This document shows positions 39,206 through 50,782 of a DNA stretch of 64,000 nucleotides, piece by piece. Each line of letters opens with the position of its first letter. The first letter of the stretch is position 1. Under the pieces are notes generated by a model. That model did no database searches. It was given only the letters and a program-made list of their open reading frames with translations, and was not told where the DNA came from. The stretch comes from Trichosphaerium sp. ATCC 40318 (Eukaryota > Protista > Tubulinea), in NCBI GenBank assembly GCA_038496445.1, contig JALMLS010000489.1, forward strand, positions 62,001-126,000, given 5' to 3'. The translations under genes and the position numbers were made by a program.

Positions 39206-41900
39206 ATGTCATTGAATGCGTCTTTACAGGCAGAGAAGCGAGAACGAGGTTCGTAGCGCGCCAGTAGTGTAATACGTGTAATTATGTACAGAAAAACTCG
39301 AACAATGGGTAAAAGACACTATTGTACCTCAAATGAAACGTATGAGCGCGCGTATTACTTCATTGGAACAACAATTGACTGCAGAACAATCTAAACGGGC
39401 GAAACTCATGACATGGATAAAAACTAATATAGGGTGCGCCAACACCAAGCGATTCTATTATAATGACGTATAAACTAAATGACACTGTAGACCCAATCTG
39501 GAACACATTGACGTAAAAATCAAAGCCCATGCGCTTCAAGCAAGCGCTTCGCAGCGTTCTTCGTCCTCAGTAATCGATATCAACGACGACGAACTTGACA
39601 TGCTCCTGAGTCCATCAGCTAAACAAGCAACACCTGAGAGTGCTCCAAATCAGCAACGTAAACAACCAGCAAAGCAACCAAGACAACAAAAACAAACAAA
39701 ACCTCAATCACAGCCAAGGAACTCAAAACAACCCAAAGGAGGCGTAGCTGTTATGCCTATTGCTACTAGGCCGAAAGTAGTTGTTGATAAGAAGCCTGTA
39801 GAGAAGAAGAAGACTGTAGAGAAGCCGCCAAGAAAGTCAAAGAAGCGTTCTAAGCGTAGTAAACGATCTAAACGTGCGTTTGAAGCACGTGATGATGTTG
39901 TTTTACTTTTTTACTTTTAATATTATTGCTGTAAAGTCACTAACAAAGTTGTAAGGATCCAACACTATTAATTATGATAACCCTGATGAATTGATTCTTG
40001 GTTCGGATGAAGATGTATGTGATGATTATTGTTGGAAGCAAGTTATCTTTGCTGACATTGTCACTTTAGTGGTCATCTGATGAAGAGGGAAGTAAAAAAT
40101 GGACTGAAGAAGTACCAAGTGATCAATTACAAAGAGCACTGTGCGTTTCTTTTGTATAGAATCTCAAGATACTTATTTAGTGTGATTAGTGTTACTAAAA
40201 GGTCATTTCCAAACGTTGCACCTCTTAGAGACCTTGAAATTGAGTGCTTCGGTACAAAAGATATCACAACAATGGGTTTACCAGGTAATGTAGATAATTT
40301 TTTTTGTTTAGTTGTTGTTGGATTAACATTACTACAGCACATGATGCATCGCTTAAAAGTTCTATTGGACGTGCTAATTATTTTCTACAAATGAAGCGTC
40401 AAGGAAGTGAGGTGTATGGTAGTCCAGGTGTCTTTAATAAGGTAACATCATTGCTGTGCTTTTTTTTCTATTTTTTATTTTTGTTCTTTTGTTCTTCCTG
40501 TGTTTCGTATTAGTGTAAAAGCGGTTGCTTATGATTTTTTTATTAAAAGGCTAAACAATTTATGGCTAAAGGAGGTCACGTTATATTTGTACCTTTACTA
40601 GAAGTAGACTTGAATAAGGACAATTTTATTTTTTCTATAAAACCAAATGACTTGATAAGTCCTGTTTGTCCAGATGGTTTATATAGATCTCAAGTCCTTC
40701 ACCTAGTTCTAATGTGCGTATATATATAATAATCAAGCACATATATTATTTCACAGCTAATTAAAACAATACAGAGCTATCAAACGTGCTATTGGAACAA
40801 AAGACGTAAGTCAAGTTTAGTCATCTGATAACGTTACAAAAATTAACTTTTTCTTAGGGTGTTCGTCTTCCTCATGGATCTAGAGCTGGGTAAATAAATC
40901 CTCATTATACCCTATGCTAATCCATTTTTATTAGATATGATCCATTCGTACTGACAGATAATATGGCAGAGAAGATGGAGCGTTATATTCATGCAAGCAC
41001 AGAGACTGTAACTTCTCAAACTTTCCAAGGATTTTTTGCACAAACATTTGGTCTCTCAATTTCACACAGGTAACTCTATTGGTCTTTTTGCGCCGCTTGA
41101 ACGGCCATATGCGTTATTTTTAATGTAAGGGGCTATGGTGTAGTGGTTAGCATTACGGTTTCCAAGTCCGTAGACCCGCGTTCGATTCGCGGTAGCCCCT
41201 GAAACTCTTTTTGGATTTTTTTTTTTGGATTTAATGTTGTGACCTTTATTGTAACACTGTGTTTCCAAACTCAATGGTTTTTTTAGACAAGGTCAAGATC
41301 AAGTACGTCCAGGGAAGGAGGTTTTGAGGAATCTACTTTTTTGTATGTCAGAGAGGTGTAATTTTAAAGTTTTTTTTTTGTTTTAGGTTCCTCCCGGTAC
41401 AAATCTGACATTTGATAAACGTCTATCTCAAACTGCACAAGTAAGTTATAATACAATATTATATAGTCTTGTTAACATTGTTTTCTTCTAGATGGACCTC
41501 AAGAAAAGGCGTGAATACATGAGAGAGTACTTTAACCTATACTACTGGCAACATAAAAAAACATCTAAAAAAAGTACTTCAAACAACCAACAACTTCCAC
41601 CCACACTTTCTACAACTAACAACTTGTTTTTAAAAATAGGAAGAATTATATACATTGCCTTTGGAAGTAGTCTTAATGTCGTACTTGATAGATTAATGGA
41701 AGTTAACGGACCCGAAGTTTTAAAAAGCACATACGTTTTAGCTTTACCTTACGGTATGTCATGAATATTACACCCTAAACAATTCTTCATGTCGCTAATC
41801 TCTTCCTCTAGGACTCAAATCTTATACTAACCCTTCAATTTCTGCACTCAAGACAGAGTATAAACGATATGCAAGGTTGTTTAAGCCAATTGTAGGATAA
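39206..41900 (+). CDS. Unknown multi-exon protein: coiled-coil N-terminus, basic disordered linker, globular C-terminus weakly resembling the uracil-DNA glycosylase fold
   Basis: Consistent GT-AG spliced frame; GLSISH...VPPG, IIYIAFGS, YVLALPYG. Confidence 0.55.
41129..41200 (+). tRNA. tRNA gene inside an intron; anticodon CCA (Trp) by geometry, identity atypical
   Basis: Acceptor GGGGCTA/TAGCCCC, A box TGGTGTAGTGG, B box GTTCGATTC, T stem CCGCG/CGCGG, anticodon arm ACGGT-TTCCAAG-TCCGT, downstream T-run terminator. Confidence 0.85.
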
Positions 41901-42144
41901 TAAAAAAGGGACTATCCAAAAAGTCTTTATTCTTTTTTCTGCCTCTCGGGTGGGCCTTTTGGTCGTTATGTTAACAATGTTCAGTAAAACAAAAAAATGT
42001 CGTTAGAAATACCCACTCAGATCTTTGTAGAGTATCATTTTGACAACGTGCATCCAAAGAATGTTTGTTGCTTGTTGGGTATTCACTGAATAATAAGAGA
42101 ACTTAAAAACAACCCGAAGCTGTTTTATTTCATTTATTTCCAAC

Positions 42145-42953
42145 ATGCTTAGCGATCACATCATATATGCTCGTATGCACGTAGGTAAATCAGAACGAAA
42201 AATTGTTACCAAGATAAAAAAAGGAACAAAAGTGCATTTGCATTATTCTTCGACTCATTTATTTGTTCTGATGCAGCTACTAACAAAGTATGTATATCTT
42301 TTTCCTCTTCTAAATAAGGAGCCCGTTTTAGTGCCTACCATCTAGCTATAACTGGACTTGGTGAAAAGTTCTGTCACTTGTCTTGGTTGTGCTAAAAATC
42401 AGAACGCTTGCTTTTATCTCGAACTAGTTGCATCAGAGTCTTTTTTTGAATCGTGTTAAAGTTTTACTAGGTCCTATACAGCATGGGATCGAACGATTTC
42501 CGTGGATCAAGCTTTACACCAGCAGTGTTTGCACAGAAGTCTGTATACGTTTGGAAAAGAAAAACTGGACAGGAGGTTTCATTCTTGTTTCTTTCCAGAA
42601 AAGATGCCGTGAAATTTAGTGTATTTATGTGCAAGGCAACAACTGGTTCGTTTGGATTCACCACCTTCATGTATTGTCTTTGAACGTCTTATTATTTTTT
42701 AGAAGCAGACTGGATTAAGAGACTATCAGTAATAGAAAAAAAGTTTCAAAAAGAGAATAAAAAAGCAAAACGATGGAGAAAAATAGCAAAAAACGGTGTT
42801 CCAGAGTGTGTCGTGTGCTTTGATTCTCCTTGTCAAATGGTGCTTGTTCCATGTGGACATATTTGTTTATGTTCTGAGTGTTCAAAGGATATAGACAAAT
42901 GTCCAATGTGTAGAACTCGAATTGCAGTAAAACAAAAATTTTACTTTGTGTGA
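42145..42953 (+). CDS. RING-HC E3 ubiquitin ligase (5' exons uncertain)
   Basis: Last exon ECVVCFDSPCQMVLVPCGHICLCSECSKDIDKCPMCRTRI. Confidence 0.75.
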
Positions 42954-43154
42954 CTATAACAAAGCTTTTTCGGTATCTCATCTCGTTTTTTCGACAAATG
43001 TGCGTTCTAAATCCTTGTCTATAGTGTACTAATAATAAAAAACTGTAAATAAACGTCACAACGTAGATACAAGGGTGGGTTTATTTTGTTTGGTTTTTTT
43101 TTTCAATAAATAGATTTTTGGTTATAAATAGTTTTTTCTTGTTCTTTTTTTGTT

Positions 43155-44200
43155 TCAGACGCAAGTAAGCACAAGTCCTCCTGATGTTTCAACATTAATA
43201 AATCGCATACTTCCTGTGACTATTGAACCCAAGCTATCACGAAGAAAGTACTTTGAATAGTCAAAAAGTCCGAAAGAGTCACGCCTTGAGATATGTTGAA
43301 GAATGCTCTCGACGCATGCAGTTTCAGAAACATTAAATCGCTCACACTTGCCTTGGCAGTGAACAACTATTGTTTTTGACATAGAAGGAGCGCTCTTGAT
43401 TATAGATTGTATAGAAGGTAATCGGACATCTCTCTTTGATTTCTTGATTTGTTGTAGGCAAGCTGAAGTGTTTTCCACGTGGTTAAATTTTCGCTTCTTC
43501 GGAATGTGCGGCATTGTTTTCTTGAGTTCTACCAAAGCATTTGCTGCTTCTGTAGATCGACGTCCACAAAGCATAGGTCTATGTGCGAATATTCCACCAC
43601 TTTTTTTACTTCTTCTCTGTAAAGGTACTACCGTAATGCGAGATGACTTGATAGGTTTTAAGCGTAGGTTACACCCTTTGAATTGAGTTCCTATTTGTCC
43701 CTGACCAGCGCCTGTGTTTCTTTTAGGTATAAGGCTGACAACGCCTTGTGTGAAATGTTCAGCTAGTTCTTTCGCTATCGTTTTAGGCAAATGAAGGACT
43801 ACGCCAGGACAGCTTGTTTCCAAGTCGATATTTTTCGATAGTAGTGAACTTGTATTTACCACGTGTTGTAATTGTGACGCTTGTATAGATACTTCATTAT
43901 TAGCTTTGTTTAGGGTTTTTTCAAGCTCTTTTCGCTGTATTTGTCTTCTTTCGGTTCTATTCTTAGGTTTTCTCGATTTAATCTAAACGATAAGCATAAG
44001 TACAAAATACTAAAGCGTAAACAAGAACAAAAAAAAAAAAAGAAAAAAAGAACAAGATTTGATCAAAAAGTTGTTTGTAAAAAGTGAATTCTTTCACCGT
44101 GTAGCAGCGCAGTATTTTTTTTTCTGGATCGAAAAAAAGGGAAGGTAGTATAATTTAGCGTAATTAACCATTTCACCGCATTAGGCTAAACGTTGTTGTT
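43155..44200 (-). CDS. Hypothetical basic protein, possible C-terminal ubiquitin-like fold (start uncertain)
   Basis: Long exon open from about 43983 to 43155; NLS-like PKKRK; LPSIQSII motif. Confidence 0.5.
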
Positions 44201-45239
44201 GTCATTTGACGCAAACAGGTTTTTTTCTCTACTTTTTTATAAAAAAAAGGCGCACCTTTAAACTGTAGTGTACACTGCTTGTAGTGTTACGGTCTGTACA
44301 TGCCTGATCATAGAAAGCATCCAGTTTACTCGTTTTTTGGTTGTTTGGTACTGTATAGTGTTTGTAGTAAGCTGGTCCCTAGAGATCGCGTTATTAAAGC
44401 GGAACAATAATCTTTTTTTTTTTTTGTAGTTTTGACTTGATATGAAAAGATATCATGTGTTTTAAAGGACCGTATTGATTACCTTTACAAAATACTGTTG
44501 TGGTGGTGACGGACCCCACATTATCTTTGATGTATTATTCTTCATTGTACAGTATGAGCTATTAATAAATCTCTGTGCGTTTGTATCGCAGTTGTTTTGG
44601 AGTTGTTGCGCCACTTGTGTCATTGTAGTTTGTTTTAATCTAGAACAACAATCACGTGATAAGAACACAATCATAAAATGACAAAAGGCTCTAGATTGAT
44701 ACCAAACAACTATGTATAGCGTAGTAAAGCGTTCTATGCTTAAAGAAAAAGATGGATTTTTTCGAGATGATATCACCACGCAGTACTATCAAACTCCAAG
44801 TTTTTTTCGGTACCTCCGATTGAGATTATTGACAATTAATTGTGTAAAGAACGTCTGATTTGTACTATTACGCTTTTGATTGTCTTCACTTATGGTAGTG
44901 ATGTGACAAGCCAACAACAAATTGCTTTCATTGAAGAAAACCTGGTGTTTGTGCACAATGAAGTGTACTTGACTTATATGTCCGCCTGGGGTACTTCCGA
45001 GTTTGTGTCGAACACAAAATATCTGACAACTGAGAGACAGAGATGTGACATTTTGACTTTGATTATATTTTGTTTATCTACTCTACAAGCCTCAAGACGC
45101 TAAGAAGGAAATTCATAGTTGTAACGAGATATGGAATAAAAAATATAATTATAAGAAGTGTCAAGAACTGTCATAAAAGTGAACGAAGTCTGACTTATGA
45201 GATTTTGAATTTATTTACGGATTAAGACGGAATTTATAA

Positions 45240-45973
45240 ATATCTACCGAAAAGACTGCAAAGACGTCAAAAACACGCAAATTAAGCGTAAAAAGTTCAA
45301 AGTGTAGTGTTGCCAACCCTTTCACATTATCCTGGTTAGTTTTTACCCCGAAATTGTTTTATTTATTCAAAATAGGCCACAGACCCTTAACCAGGATATT
45401 GTAGAGGAAATCAAGGCGGCACTTCAAAGGTAAAGAAGTTCTGTTCGTTTAACTTCAGCTAAATCATCTCTAGTGCACTCCAACAGTACTCTGGCCTCAA
45501 AGAAAAGAAAAACAGTGGGTTATTGGTCGGTATAAACGAGGTTATCCGTTCACTCGAAAAAAAGACAGTTCGTGCTGTTATTCTCACTGCTTATACATCA
45601 AAGTCGCGTATAGGCATGTCTGTGCACATTTTTCGTCAAGTTTGTAAAAAATCTCTGAGATTTTTTTGATTGCTTCCTAATTAACGGGCTAGGCTTTCCG
45701 ATTGAACAAATACTACTCATGTGTGGTGTACTCCAAGTAAAGGTTGTGTTAATACAAGAGGCAGAAATGCAGAAAATAGCCAAAAGTATATTGAGCATAG
45801 ATAGGGCTAGCGCTCTTGCTATCAAGAAAGATACACCTATAGGTCAACATAAACAATTATGTGATCTCCTTGACAGCAATGGACGCGTATTGAATCATTT
45901 TAAACGCGTTGATGGCTTCAAATCTCTTGCACAGTCAAAAGTGCGCCTCGTTAATGTAATACGCTCTCATTAA
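45240..45973 (+). CDS. L7Ae-family RNA-binding protein (Rpp38-like); start codon unclear
   Basis: NPFTLSW|PQ, LLVGINEVIRSLEK..VRAVIL, ILLMC..., ASALAIKK. Confidence 0.65.
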
Positions 45974-46141
45974 ATGTACTTGATGCAAGATATTTTTTTG
46001 TATCTTTGAGTAGTACACAAAAATCTCGACAAGTCCGGCAGTTTGGTCATAACTGTTCATAGCGGCTTTACTATTGTTGACTATACCATAATATCTCGTG
46101 TAATTTTTTTTGTACTTCCGTTTATGATAGCGTGAGTATAC

Positions 46142-48026
46142 TATATGGCTATTCTAGTACATCTGACATCCAAAGGTGAGATTTTGTACAAGTAATTGTA
46201 ATTAACGGTATTTCTACCAAATACCTAGCTAATTGTTTTAAATAAGTACCCAGAGCGTATGTAAACAAAAAAAGCGTGTCAGCTCGACAAGTAAACACGT
46301 ATGTCAAAGAAATAGCGCCGCAATACTTCTGGAACGATGTAGAGAATCAAATTAACAAGTACAACGCTATAGCAAGTCAGTTAAGGGTAAAATCTCTCGA
46401 CGACTGGTATCGCGTTACAAAAGTTGATGTAAGGAAATGCGGTGGCCGTGGTGTGCTAAACAGGTACTTAATTGGTTTATTACATGAAGTTATTTTGTTT
46501 TCTGACAAAAACAAAAGGTACAACGACTCAGTTTCGCAGACACTCGCTGCCTTGTTCCCAAACTACGACTGGAAAGTATGGAAGTTTACGTGCGTAAACT
46601 CATGTTTTTTGAAATCGTTTATGCTTTTTAATGTCACGTGACAGTCATGTGATATTTTTCGCTTTTCGGTGTTGTATTTCTTATGGTTTTCTTATGGTTT
46701 GTATAGTGGCGCACCTACAAGGTATTGGACAGATGAAGACAAACAGAGAAAACAATTAGATTATATTGCATCCGAGTTGAACATTAAAGTTCTCAGCGAC
46801 TGGACGGAGTACACGACCAGAGATGTAATGTACGCACAAAAACCTTAGAAAACGTTAACAATAACATTGTTTAAAGGTTGAATGGAGGAGCAGGCATCAG
46901 AAATAGGTAAGAGCGAGGATTAAACAACAGTGAAAGAACTTTTTTTATTCTTACTTTTTGTTTTAGACATCGGGGCTCTCTTGTCTTGACGCTAACAGAA
47001 TTATACCCTCATCATGATTGGAAATTCAGGTACCACTTTTTCTTTATTTTCTTGATTATCTTTCTTACAGAGCACCAAGGGTATTCATCTCAAAGAAGCC
47101 TTCTGGGTATTGGTTGAATAAAACGAACTTGCTTGGGTTTTTTGAAGATGTGGCAAAAAGCCATGACATTAAAAAACCTGAACTGTGGTATCGTATTTCT
47201 GTATCTCAGCTGATTGATAGTGGAGGTACTGGTATAGGAACTTACTTTCCACAAATATTAAGCGTACTACATCCAAACTTCCCATGGTCTTGGAAGCGCT
47301 TTGGCAAAAACTTGAAAAAATCAACTCAAAGGTACTCACAGTTCTTCAATTTTTTCTTTCTCTAATGATCCTGTTTAGATGGGTAATTGATACAGTTGCC
47401 GAGATATTTCCAGGATCTCAGATCCTTGAAGAACATTGTATTGGATCCAGCCATTCGTCAGGACTACCTCATGTTGTCGATGCTTATGTTCCCGAGTATA
47501 ATCTTGTTATTGAGTATCAAGGTTAGCTTTAATTTGTTTTGTTCTAACTAACGGTAAAAAAGGTGAACATCATTATACTGACGTATTTCCTCATGCAGCG
47601 CCATCAGCAAAATTTGATTTTACTGACGGAGAGAAAGCACAATTCTGTAGAGTAGCAGGTATTAAAACAGACCGAAAAAAACCTCTAGAATAACTTGATT
47701 TTTTTTGCCACAACAACGCGCCATAGTGAGCTCTCACGTGATCTTACTTGTAATTTTTCAATTCTCTTATCAATGATATAACTAATTTCTGACTCTTAGG
47801 CTTATATCTGGTACCTATTCCGTATTGGGTATCTACTTCTGAAGGTATAATAGCCGCTATTAAAGAATGTGCTCCAAATGTTACAATTCCTCATAGTAGG
47901 GATCATAGCAGTTATAAGGGAGATTTTATACCTCAAGTGATTACTAATGGATCCCTTATGAACACTAATCGTAATGGTACTTCCATAACACCTAGTAATT
48001 CTCATGTCAAAGTACTTGCTTCGTGA
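46142..48026 (+). CDS. Second LDDWY-repeat protein (about 3 repeats) with a nuclease-like C-terminal domain (start approximate)
   Basis: LDDWY, LSDWT and PELWY repeats; VDAYVPEYNLVIEYQGEHHY...EKAQFCRVAGLYLVPIPYW. Confidence 0.8.
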
Positions 48027-48674
48027 TAAGAAATTAAGAATGAGAAGAAAACAAGAAAGTGATTCTTCGGCTTGGAAAGTCTGTCCATTGAAAAGAGGCT
48101 CTTAGCGGCGATAAAGTGGTGGATTTGGGCACCAAAGGGTATATGGAGGGCAAACATCAGGTCACGCAGTATTCTTACAGTTAGCTCGCTGTAGCAAGAC
48201 TCACCTTGAAAACAGACTGTGAGTTCATACAACTAACGAAGCCAATTTATTACCAACATTGACTGGTAAAGTACTGACGAATAGATTAATACGTTATTCT
48301 ATAGATTACGATCAAAAATACGGTGGCACACAAACAGGACTTGCGCATGCAAATAAGTCTATGTAAGAAAATAAACAGAACTTATTAAAATATGAGCACT
48401 TCTGCGATTACTTTGTGGAAGATAAATCACGTGTGATGAATCTGAACATTGTAGACTTTACATTTCTTGGTTGTTACATAAAAACATACCTACAAAAGCG
48501 TTGCAATTGGTATTATTGGTGCGTATCATACAATGTCTCTTCGTGACTCCAGAGTATGTTCCAAAATCACAGCAGACCAATAATCACAATCAGGCAATTT
48601 TATCTTTTGGCACATAAAAGTCACAACAGTTCAACTCATGCTTTCAAAGACAACAGTAACAGCATACATACAAC

Positions 48675-50539
48675 ATGATGAAAGCACTTAAATACGATAA
48701 AAGCGGCGATATAAGCAACTTGTCAATCGGACAAGTACCCAAACCATCAATACAGGCAAAAGACGACGTACTCATAAAGGTATACGCGTCAGCAATAAAT
48801 CCAGTCGATTACAAGAGGTCTGAAGGACATCTCCCAATAAAAGAAGAGGGATACCCGATAGTGCCTGGGTACACTAGCGGCAGCAAGTAGCTCGCTGTAA
48901 ACACATTTTAAAAGATGCCTCAGTGGCAAAACAGCTTGTGAAGTTACCGCAAATTTTTCCGCTTATCTTCTGTAGGTACGACGTTGCTGGTGTTGTTGAG
49001 CAAGTAGGCGAGGATGTCAAACGTTTCAAGGTTGGAGACGCTGTCTATGGTGACGTTCAATCAAACGGTTTAACACCAAAACGTAAGTACTTTATTTCTC
49101 CGCCTTTTTGCGTATAAAGTAGCTTTGGAGTTGTATAGCTTCTTAGTATGCGTATCCGTATCATTCAAGTTGAAGCTTTTTTGCACGAAATTGCGAGTTT
49201 TTGTCAGATCTAGACAATCCAAACGGTTTTGACACTTTTTGACATAACTAACAAACCACCCTCAAAAATGTGATCATACCATTGGTGAGTTTGTCGGAGA
49301 AATTGTTGCGGAGCGTTTTATTTGTTAAACGCACGTGATTTTTGGTCCAATACTTTTTATTTACATATTTGTGGTGGCGCTTTCCATCGCTACATCGCTA
49401 CCTATTGAGTAGTTTTCTGTAATTTTAGCCTTCTCATCTTTGTCAATACCCCGAGTACTAGTGGCGTTGGAAGTGCTAGCAGTTTACATGCGTATGTAGG
49501 TAAAATATTGTGAGTATCTTGAGTGCGTATTGATATAACGTGCAAGTTTTTTTGATAGTTGATGATACGGACAAGAATATAAATATCTGACTCCTGCAAC
49601 AAAATTCTTACTTATTTAATTTCTTTTAGAATATGGAGCTATTGCAGAATATGTCGTACGTATTTGCCAGCAGGAATAAGAAGCGCTCAACTCACGTGGT
49701 GATGTTTTTTGTTCACCACACTTTTAGGTCTGCAAAGCATGCTTGCTTGCTAAGAAACCTTCTAAACTTAGCTTCACAGAAGCAGCGGGAGTTCCAGTCG
49801 CTGCTGAAACAGCATATTATGCGTTCAAACTGGGTGAACTCAAGTAAAATAATAAGCATTTGAAAACCTTGTTTACTTACTTTGTGTTTTAGGCAAGGAG
49901 GTAAAGTTCTCATCACTGCTGGTGCGGGTGGTGTTGGTACTTTTGCAATACAAATAGCAAAGAAAATCTTTAAATCAGGAACTATTTACACCACTGGAAG
50001 CTCACCAAAGCTCGAAAAACTGACCGCGTTTGGAGCAGATGAACTAATAAACTACAAAAAGGTTAAGTTTGAAGAGACACTTTCTGATTTGGATCTTGTC
50101 TTTGACCTCACTGGAGAAGCACCAAAAGCTACTAAAGTAGTACGTGAAATATTTAATTATTGAATGTCAAGAATTTGAACAAAGACTTAACGAGTTTAAG
50201 GTTAAAAAAGATGGTAAAACAAGAGTAATAACAGCATCATTCTTTGAACAGATTGAAGGCGTAAAATTCTTTAGTTTGGCTTCTGATGGAAGCATACTTG
50301 ACGCTCTTAATCCTTATTTTGAAATCGGAGATATTGTGGTGGTACAGCAATATAACTAAGATGAGTGATGAGTCAGCAATACTAACTAGTTTTTAGAAAA
50401 TTGAAAAAGAGTTTTCGTTCGATGACAGCATTGCTGCTTGGAAACATGCAATGGAAAGTCGTCCTTTTGGAAAGGTACAATATTAAATTTACTAGTTGTA
50501 TTGATAAACAACCAATAGGTTGTCATTAAACACTTATAA
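48675..50539 (+). CDS. Zn-independent MDR oxidoreductase (NADPH:quinone / alkenal reductase type)
   Basis: MKAL..., SAINPVDYK, PG|YDVAGVV, GAIAEYV, VLITAGAGGVGTFAIQIAK, GKVVI. Confidence 0.9.
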
Positions 50540-50782
50540 AGGGGTACTCAGAACGAAATTGTTTTTGCTAAATAAAAAAAACAGTGCATAATTCCTGCAA
50601 TCTTATTAGTTCCATTGTGCCTTGGAACTGGTTCGATTTGACGAAGGCATTTGTAGCCTGTCAATGATTACATACATTGGTTGTGTCAATGTACGAAAAA
50701 GGTTGCTTAGTGACGAGTAAACTTAAACAGCGTTTGTAAAACAGAACGGTTTTTATTGAATAAAGCAGGAACACCAGTATTT

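Noticed and set aside
41129-41200. Ordinary tRNA-Gly(TCC)
   Set aside because: TCC is off-centre; stem pairing places CCA at positions 34-36
48002-48232. Small minus-strand gene with one intron-like segment
   Set aside because: No recognisable motif or clear start; support is insufficient
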